NCBI GenBank assembly: GCA_026025795.1
Contig: JAPEUG010000106.1
Span: 1-45,027 of the forward strand
Direction of reading: 5' to 3'
Source of the DNA: Thelocarpon superellum
Taxonomy: Eukaryota
DNA length: 45,027 nucleotides
Shown one piece after another: positions 24,746 through 35,534 of this stretch. The position numbers and the translations under genes were made by a program. The notes beneath the pieces are model-generated. The model searched no databases and was not told the origin of the DNA. It worked only from the letters and a program-made list of their open reading frames with translations. The stretch's first letter is position 1. Every line of letters begins with the position of its first letter.

Positions 24746-25879
24746 ATGCCCACCTTGCCCAGCCCAACGTCCCGACTGCGACTGCTCCGCGCGCTCCTAC
24801 GTGAATGTAGCTACCTCCCTGATGCTCATGCTCGGTCGTACCTCAAGGGACACATCCTCAGCCGCTATCGTGCAAACCGGCACCTCGAGACACGAGACAG
24901 CCGGTCGCATCTCGAGCATACCACCGCCTCCGCGCTCCCTACCAGAGCCCGGGATGAGCGTGTTTTCAACCTCGTGGCCAATGCTCGACGGGCACACTCC
25001 GTCCTGGCACGTGCCAACGAGGGCGCCCGCAAACCCTTACTCAAGGTCCTCCTGTACGCCTATGGCCGTGCGGGACGGCGACGCCACGAGCTGATGGCGC
25101 CTCTGCGCCAGCCCGAGGTCCCCGCCAATGACGCCGCGGTCAAGGCGCTGGCTGCGGCCAAGGCGCCCGCTCAGCCCAACAACCTCGAGCAATGGTCCGC
25201 CATGACACCTCGCCTCCTCGCCTTGGTCAAAAGCCAGAAACAACAGTCCCCGCCTGAGGTGACGCGAGCCGCGCTTAAGCGTGTCGAGCCACTTCTCCCC
25301 ACGACGGATATCTGGGAACGGCCGCTGCCAAAGAAGCGAGAGCACAACCTCCGCCGGAACTTCTTCAAAGAGCTCCTGGAACGACTTCTCCCACCGCTTC
25401 CGGAGACGGAGTGGCTCCGGCTGCAACGTCTCGTCAGTGGCACCACGCCATGGGAGGGTCCAATCTCCCGGCGATCGAGGCCACCTCAATCGGAGAAGCG
25501 GCCAATAGCGGTGTGGCGCCCGACGCTGGGCTTGGATGCCCTGGCGCTCCAACAAGGTCATCGACCCGCGCCGCGCAAGGCGGATCGTCCACATCAGATC
25601 ACGAGCCGGTACATGCGACGGCTGTGGGGGCTGGTCTTTGCGCAGTGTCCCCTGATGCGGTGGGATGCCTCGGAGCAGCGCTGGATGGTGCAATGGGGAT
25701 CGACCAAAGGGACGGCCGAGAAGGTTCGTGAGGCGGAGAGCTTTCTCGACCACCATCTCTTCTCAGGTGTCAACGAAAAGGGCCAGGTGGACAAGCCACG
25801 CATGCCGTCCCCCATCCGCGGCACTCGCATCCAAGACCTTCCATCTAATCCTGGAGTTCGGATGCGTGGTAAAGGATGA
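24746..25879 (+). CDS. LYR-motif-containing mitochondrial protein (Cup1-like / Complex1_LYR family)
   Basis: N-terminal LRLLRALLRECSYLPD...HILSRYR is a LYR-type motif, followed by LLKVLLYAYGRAGRRRHELM; single 377-aa ORF. Confidence 0.75.
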   Translation: MPTLPSPTSRLRLLRALLRECSYLPDAHARSYLKGHILSRYRANRHLETRDSRSHLEHTTASALPTRARDERVFNLVANARRAHSVLARANEGARKPLLKVLLYAYGRAGRRRHELMAPLRQPEVPANDAAVKALAAAKAPAQPNNLEQWSAMTPRLLALVKSQKQQSPPEVTRAALKRVEPLLPTTDIWERPLPKKREHNLRRNFFKELLERLLPPLPETEWLRLQRLVSGTTPWEGPISRRSRPPQSEKRPIAVWRPTLGLDALALQQGHRPAPRKADRPHQITSRYMRRLWGLVFAQCPLMRWDASEQRWMVQWGSTKGTAEKVREAESFLDHHLFSGVNEKGQVDKPRMPSPIRGTRIQDLPSNPGVRMRGKG

Positions 25880-26667
25880 GATGCTACCGGATGCCATGTT
25901 CATTTCCTCCTAGATCCATAGACGAGCCTGATCCTCCCCCTGTGACTCTCTCCAATGCAGCGTTCCACCTCAACGCCACTCCAGGTCTCTTGGTGTCGCT
26001 CTCTCGCCCGGGTAGATAAACTTCGACCGGCGGACGCGTCGAGACCCAAAACCTGACTTGCTTCCACCATGATGCCTGACCGATACTCATTGCTTGGTCC
26101 CGCACGTCCGAGAGACGCAACGTTTACAGCGTGACCCACACGAGCTGACATACGTGTGTACGACACAAGTGCTTCTCTCAACCCAGCGTCCTGAAGCAAT
26201 CGTCATCGCGCATACCCCTTCACCACCACAAAGGCTCTCACTTCAAGACACATGCAATAGTACACATACAACTTCACGCCCAAGGAGGCTGGGGAACGTT
26301 GAGGCAGATTTCGAGCTTCTGTACACACTGTGTACGAATTGGCGAGCTCCCTATAGAGAGTGAAGGCTTATGAAGCTTGACGTGGTATACACGTAGCCGG
26401 TGTCAGCTGTCGTCGTTCATCCGAGCTCGACGTGGCTCCATTCAGGAAGTGGGTGCTTGCCTACATCGAAGTCAAAACTCATCAAGCTTCCGCAAGCGTT
26501 GCGGGGTTGTTCGACGTTGCGGGCCCCTCAGTTGGGATTCGTCATCGCCGTCGTTTCGGAAAAGCTCCAGATAAAGGGTGGCCACCATGACACAACTGTC
26601 TCTCTCCCTCCACTGGCCTCCGCGTCCATCTCTCAATTTCTTCTTGTTTGTTTTCTAGCTTCCGTTC

Positions 26668-27420
26668 ATGATGACTAGCATGGGATCTACCAGTGACGAG
26701 CCTCTCATTCGCCATGCTACCCACGAAGGTCAGCAAGCTCGGACATCTCTCCGTCCATTTCTTGTCCACTGCGTGTCTCTAACCCCACTAACACGGCGTG
26801 CTCTCCGCTCCAGACGTCCCCGCCATCTTGGGCCTGATCCACGAATTGGCAGCCTACGAGCACGCGTCGTCGAGCGTGGAAGCCACGGAGGAGAAATTGC
26901 TCTCGACGCTGTCGTTCCCGCCCTTTCCGTCGCCCGGTTACGCCCGCACTTTCCTCCTTTTCGAGCCGGCGGGGGCGGGGCCAACTCCGTCTTCGCCTGC
27001 GGGCATTGCGTTGTATTTTCCGAGCTACTCCACCTGGCGTGCGCAGCCGGGGATCTGGCTCGAGGATCTCTATGTGCGCCAGGATTGCAGAGGCCGCGGA
27101 TACGGGACGAGGTTACTGTCTGCGCTGGCGAAAGAGCTGAAGTCCATGGGTGGTGCCAGGCTCGAGTGGTCGGTGCTGAATTGGAACAAGCCTAGTATTG
27201 CGTTTTAGTATGTGGTTCCCACCCTCCTCTCCTCTCCTCTGCTCCCCTAGATCTGATCCTGCGGCTTGTTGGGTGTCGAGGCGGAGCGCTGACGCATCCA
27301 ATGTCCCTCAGTAAGAGCATTGGCGCCAAGCCGCAAGACGAATGGACGACGATGAGAGTCGACCACGAGGCCTTGGACCAGCTTGCGGAGAAAGAGCGGC
27401 CGATCACAGGGCGAGAGTAA
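26668..27420 (+). CDS. GNAT N-acetyltransferase, diamine/polyamine acetyltransferase (Ats1/SSAT-like), 3 exons
   Basis: IRHATHE|DVPAILGLIHELAAYE, ALYFPSYSTWRAQPGIWLEDLYVRQDCRGRGYG, RLEWSVLNWNKPSIAFY|KSIGAKPQDEWTTMRV. Introns at 26729-26813 and 27208-27311. The start is one of three ATGs at 26668, 26671 or 26680. Confidence 0.92.
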
Positions 27421-27515
27421 TGTTGGATGCGTTTGAAACATCGCGGCGGTGAAAGGCGATTTGCACGCAGCGTTTGATCGCATGGACACGGCGTTTTGCA
27501 AAGTGAGAACCCGCA

Positions 27516-29316
27516 TCACGCTTCTTCCATCTTCCGCTTCAACATGCCGCAGAAGCTCTCGAAAATCACCGAATCCCGTCCCTTGAGCCATCTGATCATC
27601 ACATCGACGCCGGAACCTTGGTATCCCACCCGTAGCTGGATTTTGATACCCAGCGCCGGCTCGGTCTCATCGTCCTCGTCGTCCTCGTCGTCCTCGTCTT
27701 CGCCGTCACCACCAGCACCACCATCCACTCCGCTTCTCCGCCCCGGAGATGCGTGCTTTCGTCGCGCAGAGCGAGACCACACGTTCTGCTCTGCGAAGCC
27801 TACTCCCGTACATAGTGAAGGCTTCCATCGCCACCGCAGCGCGAGTGCATCCATCGTCGTGTTCAAACGTTGTGCACAGGCATCGATGGATGCAGGGCTC
27901 AAGTTGAACAAATATTCCGAGGGAAAGGGAAGTAGGTGTTTCGGCAGTCCGGGAATACCTCGACACACCGACTGGGGCCAGTCAGTACCATGCGACGCAA
28001 GAGAATGCGTCGCCAGCGGTGGTGGAGAAGAGCGGGCATTCGAAGACGTACCATGGACGGCCGCAAGTCGCCCCACGACCATGCGATGGCCCATCGACGC
28101 GTCTTGCTCCCTTGGATGAATTCCGTCACGGCCCAGTTGGTCACCCTGGCTTCTTCTAGGCGTGGGACCATCGCGTAGACACTGCTCAGTTTGCCCAGCA
28201 TCGTCGTGTACCATCGAACCCGCTCCTTCAACTTCAGGCCTTCCACGATCATCCGCTCGACAAAAGCAACTTCTCCGCCCAGAGTGACCATTTCAATTTG
28301 GGAACCGGTGCAGGCCTGACGAGGATTAGCTCGTGATGAAGCCTGATCAGACGCCGCCGTACTGAAAAGGGGGGCCTCTGCTTCCGCTTGGCCGATGACA
28401 CCATCTCGTCGACGGACCCGTAGAAGGGAGGATTGCACATGGTGAAATCAATCCTGTGCAGGTTAGCGTGATAGAAGCATCATGCATTGGACCAACCTCT
28501 CCAGGCCAATCATATCTAAAGGAAGTAGAGGTCCGCTGGGCGTGGTCTTGACGATCTTGATCCTCGACTTCAGAGAATTGCGGGCCACGTTCTCTTGAGC
28601 ATACCGAATGCTCTTCTCATCGATGTCTGTAAGGAGGTATCAACGTGACTTTCATTGGATGCATCGTGCTTCTACCAACCAGTCCCCGCAAAGATCCATT
28701 TTCGCCGTTGTGAGCATCCCAGAAGAGGGTAGATCGCACTTGCTCCGGTGCCTCTACGCATGGTCAGGACATGAGTCCCGGAGAGATCTGGACAAACGCA
28801 CATGTCAAGACCAACCACTTCTCGGGCAGGGTCGAAGGCATCTCGAAAATCCTCAGCCGTGGTATCGAGGAGGTCTTGGAGCCACAGGATGTAGTTAAGG
28901 CTTTGATACATCAGCACCTGGCATCCACCTGTCCAGCGATGGACGTACCGATTGGGCACCTTAGGAGTCAGTAGCTCGTAGATCAGAAGACGGCGCCACA
29001 CAGACTCACCGGCGGGCACAGACGATCCTCTGGTAGGGCAAGCTCCAAGTCAAAGTCCCGCTTCAACAGCGCCTTGGTGAGGGATCTCGAGAACGATGAG
29101 CACGCGGATCAAGCCGAAGCGCGAAGTGGCTCACTGGACCGCCGCAGGATCATTGAAGTTGACTTGTCCACTCGACTTGACACTGTTCACATCCGTCAAT
29201 GGATCATGGCTGGCAACGAGTCTCGGCATTGCCCACTATTTGGCGAACTCGGCATCCTGCGCCGCCAATGCCGCAAAGTCGACGTCGTTCTGGTACAGCC
29301 GTCTGGATGCACTCAT
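27516..29316 (-). CDS. METTL16/RlmF-family (DUF890) RNA m6A methyltransferase, probable U6 snRNA methyltransferase, 10 exons
   Basis: Hand-spliced: MSASRRLYQNDVDFAALAAQDAEFAKY|VKSSGQVNFNDPAAVQ|SLTKALLKRDF...DRLCPP|VPNR|LNYILWLQDLLD...GLDI|GTGASAIYPLLG...GT|DID...|IDFTMCNPPFY...|ACTGSQIEMVTLGGEVAFV...WYTTMLGKLSS...QGSKTRRWAIAWSW. It has the SAM-binding DIGTG and catalytic NPPF motifs. Confidence 0.92.
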
Positions 29317-29480
29317 TCTCGAGGCCGTGGTCTTTCGGGGAGGAATCTGAGTTCATCCGAGACGAAAGCTCGGAGAGAGTGGAGAGGAGATGGATGGCAC
29401 ATTGGGCTTCTACTAGGTAGTGCTTCCAGTTCGCGGTAGATGAGGGGGCGAGATGAATCTACCCGTCTATGGCCGGATTT

Positions 29481-30239
29481 CTATCCCGCATAATCTAAGT
29501 CGCCGTCTTCCTCATCATCGTCACCACCATCGGCGTCTTCGCGCTCCTTTCGCGCTTGTTCCCGAGAGGCGCCAATCTTGCGTAAACCATCGACCACGCC
29601 GGCGATGAAGGCCCGTCCCTCTCCCACTTCCATCGCACCCACGCCCTTGACGGAGACAGAACCTCCATCTAACACTGCGACACTCGTGCGCATCTTCGCC
29701 ATGCGCACTTCACGGAGATCCCTTAGCAGCCGGCGCACGTGGTCAGGTTCCAATAGATCATCGGCCGCCGCTTCGAGTAGAATCTCGCCCAGTTCGAGCC
29801 AGTGATACGGCAGACCCTCGGCGGGAGCATCTGCAGTAGACGTCAAGGCGAACGGCGGGCTAGTACGGTGTGGGAGTGGGGGTGGGGAGGAGAAGCCTTC
29901 CGGGGACGTTTCCACTTCTTGCTTGAGCACGGCCTCGAGGGAGGTCGGATGCAGCCACGGTGGCGGCACGATATTAGCTCGACGTTGACGCTTCAGTAAC
30001 AAGGCGAGCCACAATGGCAACGACGCCCGCTGAGGCGGCTGCAAGGCCTGGGTGGCACCCTGCAGTCCGGTCAGCGGCTGTCTCCGGCCCATGGAGTGGG
30101 CATGGACGTACTATCCACCACTCACCCCAAGCAAGTCGAGCCGCTCCAACCGTTGTCTCGGCATGACAGTGACCGTCTCCATTTCGCAGAGGAAGGCGAT
30201 CTCGGAGGGTCTCAGGCCTCCTTTGACCGCGGCCGCCAT
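29481..30239 (-). CDS. PSF2: DNA replication GINS complex subunit Psf2, 2 exons
   Basis: [67 protein letters not shown]...LPYHWLE...[13 protein letters not shown]. Intron at 30060-30125. Confidence 0.95.
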
Positions 30240-30422
30240 CACCGAGCTTCCTCTGCCCGCGGCGAGGTATGAAACGAGACTTGAGTGCCAACGGCCGTCC
30301 GAGAATTTGGCTGCACACTGAGCCGCCCAAATCTCTTCATTGGGAGTGCCTGTGACTCAGACATGTTCTAGCATATCCAAGTCAATGACCTTGAAGATTT
30401 GGATGGAGGCTTGTGGTGAGAT

Positions 30423-30445
30423 CGCGAAATCGCCCTTCCACGCGT
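30423..30445. promoter_or_regulatory. SCB-like (CGCGAAA) and MCB (ACGCGT) elements about 200 bp upstream of PSF2
   Basis: CGCGAAA at 30423-30429 and ACGCGT at 30440-30445. MBF/SBF sites are expected at replication genes, but these motifs are common in GC-rich DNA. Confidence 0.5.
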
Positions 30446-30673
30446 TGGCGACGCTCTAGTGCCTGCAGAGGCTCCGTCCGACCGTGCGCTGACCTCGGTG
30501 CACCCAACCTGTCCCTAGACCAGGCAAATGTTTCGACCAATTCATACGTATGAAGTAAGATGGAAAAGGCATTTCATGACTCTTCTATCTTTCTCTCCTA
30601 GCTCCAACGAAGCAGTGAGACATCCTCGACGGGTACGGACAGCATGCTGCCCGCGTTACATAAGCTCCCAACG

Positions 30674-30757
30674 GGCGGCCGAGCAAATCCCCGGCGGCCG
30701 AGCAAATCCCTGGCGGCTGAGCAAATCCCTGGCGGCTGAGCAAATCCCTGGCGGCTG
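30674..30757. repeat. Minisatellite, 4.4 copies of the 19-bp unit GGCGGCYGAGCAAATCCCY
   Basis: Units start at 30674, 30693, 30712 and 30731, with a partial unit at 30750. There are no spacers. Confidence 0.97.
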
Positions 30758-30904
30758 GTGGAACTGTCTCGCTTCACACAAGTCTGTCCTTTACACCAGG
30801 CCCCCATACAGGCGACGAGGACAACCAGGGTCGCCTTTACGGAAAAGTAAAAGTCTTCCAGCATGGCCGTTTGAAAGGTTGTGCAATTGGGAGTGACCGC
30901 ATAG

Positions 30905-32815
30905 ATGAATACCCCACTGCTTCTCATCTGGGGCTTTGTCGCTGGTATGACCAGCCTTTGGCTGGGCGCGGTGACAGAACTCGTGCCCCAGCCATACCTG
31001 GTAGAGATAACATGGGAAGTTTGCCCGTTGAACAGATGCTAAAATTGGCCAGGACGAGGTATTTCATCTTCCTCAAGCTCAAGCATACTGTGCAAGACAG
31101 TGGCAGGTCTGGGACCCCAAGCTCACGACGCCGCCAGGGCTGTGAGTGTCTCCCCCTATCCCGCCGGCTCTTAGGTCGCTCATTACATGGAGCAGCTACC
31201 TCGTCTCCTATGTTCTAAGCGTCGTTACGAGGCAAGACTGTAACGTTGTCTTTCTTCGTTCCCAGAACGCCGTGTTGAACTCGCTTCATCTTCCATTCCT
31301 GGCCCGGCAAATTTGCATGGTAGTCCACGATCATGGAGTTACCTGGCCGGATCCATCGTCGGGCCGCTCGCTGGGGCTGTACGCAGTGTGGACCGCCATC
31401 AATGTCAGTCTGTTTCCTATCCTGTTCTTCTTCTCCGCCCTTTATTACACCGATGTTGCGTCCACCTTCTCCGTCCTCCTCTGCTACTCGTTGTACCTCC
31501 AGCGCACCAGGCCGGGACTGTGGGGATGGCCGTGTCACGCGCGGGTCAAAGATGCCCTGCTTGTCCTCTGCAGCCTCTTCTCGCTTTCATTCCGACAGAC
31601 CAACATTTTCTGGGTCGCGGCCTTTCTGGGGGGGCTCGAGATGGTGAGAACGTTGCAGTCAGAAGCTCCGCCAGAGGATGTGCACGACTCCACCTTCTCC
31701 GATGTTGTGGCTCGCAGCTGGAGCCTCGGCCAGACGTATGACCCGCCAGCGGGTGACGCTCACCTTGAAGGTTAGAAACAGGGGCCCGCGCGGGTCGCTC
31801 GCTCGCTGACACATCCTAGACTATCTCAAGACTGGACTGTCTCTCGCTGTCGCAACCTGTGCTAGCATCGGAAAGGCGATTCGGGCTTTGCTTCCCTACC
31901 TCACCGTCCTAGCGTCTTTTGCTGGCTTCGTGGCGTGGAACGGCGGAGTCGTCTTGGGTATGGTGTCCTCCGTCACCGTACGGTATGCTACGTCTCACTA
32001 CTGACGGGGACGCAGGCGACAAATCAAACCACATCATGACGCTGCACCTGCCGCAGATGCTGTACATTTGGGCCTTCTTCATGTTCTTCTCCTTCCCCAT
32101 TCTCTCCTCGTCCCTCGTCGACGCATTGATCCCTGCGAACGCCTTACCGAAGCTATTCCGGAGTTCGAGCCGGCCCAGTGCTGCTATCACGCTCCGACAA
32201 GCGTCCATCATCGTCACCGCTATCAGCCTGATGCTGATGATCGTCCACTTCAACACCTTCGCTCACCCCTTCACCCTCTCCGATAATCGGCATTATGTCT
32301 TTTACATCTTTCGGTGGTTTCTCCTGCGGCACGCCGTGTTCAAGTACCTCGCCACGCCCGTCTATCTTCTCTGTGGATGGAGTGTGATCGGTGCCTTGGG
32401 AGAGCGCCGCGCGCCTTCGACACCCGGCAAGATCCCGAAGAAACCGGCCAAGTCAGGGATACGCCAGCGCGAACATTCACTGCCAGTACAGGGCAACCGG
32501 GTTAGCTTCGTCATCATCTGGCTCCTGTCGACTAGTCTTGCACTCGTGACGGTGCCCCTAGTGGAGCCACGATACTTCATCGTACCGTGGGTGATCTGGC
32601 GACTTCACGTGCCATCGACCATCACTCCGGTCGGCGAATGGGTGAACGAACGGTTGCAAGGCTGGTGGCCCACCATTCCTCGTGTCGACATCCCCCGGCT
32701 CGCCCTGGAGACCCTGTGGTTCATGCTGCTCAATTTCATCACGGGCTACGTCTTCCTCTACCGAGGATTTGAATGGCCGCAGGAGCCAGGGTTGGTTCAG
32801 CGATTCATGTGGTGA
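30905..32815 (+). CDS. ALG10: Dol-P-Glc alpha-1,2-glucosyltransferase Alg10/Die2, 5 exons
   Basis: [19 protein letters not shown]...[48 protein letters not shown]...[33 protein letters not shown], terminal QRFMW. Introns at about 31001-31052, 31142-31194, 31771-31818 and 31958-32015. Start is approximate. Confidence 0.94.
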
Positions 32816-32910
32816 GCAACGGAGATGTGGGCAGCGGTTGTGGGAGCGGTGGCCGCTAATTCCGCCGGGAATTTGTAATGAGTATCATCATCGTCGTCTT
32901 ACGCGTCGTA

Positions 32911-33483
32911 TCACATTTTACTGCTTCCCACTGGGGTATGGACCTTTCCGTGCTCGGCCGTCGCCATGACGGTCCCGTCCTCCGTCCTCGTGATGACGCC
33001 TCTCAGCGAACCTCAAGACACGAGACGAATTAGCACCACAGGTCATCTGCGGACACGCGAACACTCACATTGTCGCTTGCCGATGCCCATCAGCTCCGCG
33101 GACACGTCGATCTCGGTACCTTCGGGGACAGCACCAAGGTACACGACATTGAGAGTGCGGCTGACGCCCGTGTAATCCCACCAGCCCTCCTGACTGACGA
33201 TAGACACGGCGCAAGAAGTAACAACATCGAAAATGGTCGCGGTCGCACCACCGTGTAGGTTCTGCACGCGATTACACAGCTCTGGCGTCACGGTCATCCG
33301 GAAGGTCACGGCTGGTCGCGGGCTTTCGGTGGCCGATATCACCCGTAGATGTGAGGAGAGTAATGCGGCGTCCCAGTCACGGCTCTCCTTGTCGGCGTTG
33401 AGGACGTCGACGAAGGCTTGGACTTTTCCTAGCGGCGTTGTCGGGACTTTCTCTAGGTGTTGGAACATCGGGGACGGCGTCAT
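32911..33483 (-). CDS. Hotdog-fold acyl-CoA thioesterase (PaaI/ACOT13-like), 2 exons, C-terminal SKM
   Basis: Motif [21 protein letters not shown] and [11 protein letters not shown]. Intron at 33012-33068; last exon [33 protein letters not shown]. Confidence 0.88.
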
Positions 33484-34458
33484 GTTGGGGATGACGGAGG
33501 GATCTGTGGGTTGGAAGCGATCCGTCGGGTGGAGTGAGGTTACGCTTATGGGGAGGTCATGAGGACATTGACTTGATCTATGAGAGACGATCGAAGGGAT
33601 GACACAAGGCGTGATCCACATATGCCTTGCATACGACAGTCTTCGATGCGTCGTCAGTTGGAGCTTCACCACTCGCCCAGTCAACAATGCTTGGACCTCG
33701 GCAAGAGTGCCAACAGCTACAGCACGACACCAGTCCCCACGCTCGCTTTAGCGACCTGGCCCACTAACCCCCGCGACTGTCAAAGGATTAAGCGGTCATC
33801 GAAGGCCATAGACGCCGTAGCCCTTCTCCGAGTGCGGCGACTTGGCCGAGGCACCAATGGTCCCTGGGGAACCGGTGGAGGGACTCGTGACGTTTCTTCA
33901 AGAGTCTAGTACTTCACCGCCATGGTTCCACTGAGGCTCAAGAGTAAGAGGTTCAGGCTGCCGACGACGGCAGCCTGACCCTGAAGCCAGAATACGTAAG
34001 GAAGACCTGGTGATGAGTCTCGTATGTGCGGCCGAGGCGGTGTAAGTACAGGAAGTTCCAAGCTCTGCCAGTAAGTCTCAGGCTCATGGCGGGCATTCTC
34101 CACTCGTCTGTACCAACTGCCTGGGCTACCTGAGTGGGAGGCAGCGAAAGGGCTTGATTAGTCAGGCGCAGCAGTTCTCGGGAAGCTTCCAGCGGCAAAG
34201 GTCACGGTAGCCGAACGATCGGTCACGGAGCCTAAGCTGCGCCCGAACGAATCAGCTGGGCGCGAGTGCGATAGAGAGATCAACGCCACACCAGCCTCGC
34301 AGGCTGGCACTGTCCGTCTGCGCCGTCAAGCATGACTTGAGGCCAACCTGAAGCCAGGACTATACCTGGGCTGATTTCCTTCCACTTGGTGACCATGTGT
34401 AGCCATCTTTGCTCTCACGCCACCGGATTTTGAGCAGCTGCTGCTGCTTCACGCGATC

Positions 34459-35534
34459 ATGGCCAACAAGGCAGAGGCCTTCAAGTTGGAGGGAAACAAG
34501 TGAGCTCATATCTGCCGCCGACAGACTCTCATTAATGCTCTACCAGGCACTTCAAAGCTGGAGATTGGAAAGCTGCGGAGCACCTCTATTCTCAGGCGTG
34601 AGTAGCGGCGGCCGCTGATAACCCCTCGGCGCTGACCCGATGCCAGTATCATGCACAACTCTACGAACCCTTTATATTTCACGAACCGGGCGCTGACGCG
34701 GCTGAATCTCCAAGCCTGGGACGCGGCGATAAATGATTGCTTAAAGTCGATCGAGCTCATGGCGTTCAACATGAAAGCGTATTACTACCTCGCCCAGGCG
34801 CAGGTACAGCTGCATCATCCCAACGAGGCCTTGAGCTCGGCTTTGACCGCGTATGACATGTGCCTACGGGCCGGCAACTCGGCCGATGCTTCGAGCATCT
34901 CCGCCCTCGTGCTGCGGGCGAAGAAGGAGAAGTGGGAAGTGCGCGAGAGGGAACGATTACGGCGGCGGAGCGAGCTGCTCGCCGAACTCGAAGACCGCTT
35001 AGAGATGGCTCGACGAGATGAAGTGACGTCGATTATGAACCGTGTCAGTGCGAATGCATTGGACATGTACGAAGCAGAAGAGGAGAGGATCATTGTCGAC
35101 GATCTCTCGAACAAGAAGGTGCAAGAGCTGCGGAGCACCTTTGCCCTTTCAGATCCAGAGAATTTACAGACACGGGTATGATGCGCACGCGGCGGGATCG
35201 TTCGTGCGATTCATACTGATGTCGATGAAGGAGGTCCCGGATTATCTCATCGACAACATCTCCTTTGCTATCATGCATGACCCTGTCGTGGTGCGTCTGC
35301 CGCGTTACACGCTGCCCTTGCCTCCTTCTCCAATCCGGCCGAGGCTAACGCAGCCCACAGACTAAGACGGGTCAATCGTACGAGCGATCGACGCTCATCG
35401 AGCACCTGCGCCGATCGGAGACAGATCCGCTGACACGCGAGCCCTTGCGCGTCCAAGACCTACGACCGAATTTGGCCCTGCGACAAGCATGTGCAGAATT
35501 CCTCGAGACCAACGGCTGGGCCGTCGATTGGTGA
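34459..35534 (+). CDS. TPR plus U-box E3 ubiquitin ligase (CHIP/STUB1-like), 5 exons
   Basis: MANKAEAFKLEGNK|HFKAGDWKAAEHLYSQA|IMHNSTNPLYFTNRALTRL (TPR) and U-box EVPDYLIDNISFAIMHDPVV|TKTGQSYERSTLIEHLRRSETDPLTREPL...RPNLALRQACAEFLETNGWAVDW*. Introns at about 34500-34546, 34598-34646, 35176-35230 and 35291-35360. Confidence 0.93.

Noticed and set aside
25900..26660. Short ORFs between the LYR gene and the GNAT gene
   Set aside because: I found no consistent splice model or recognisable homology.
30674..30757. Repeat array as CRISPR
   Set aside because: Units are directly adjacent with no unique spacers, there are no cas genes, and the context is eukaryotic.
34010..34133. GTGATGA...CTGA box C/D-like pair, with a similar pair at 36072-36166
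   Set aside because: There is no terminal stem and no rRNA-complementary guide I could recognise; such pairs are expected by chance.
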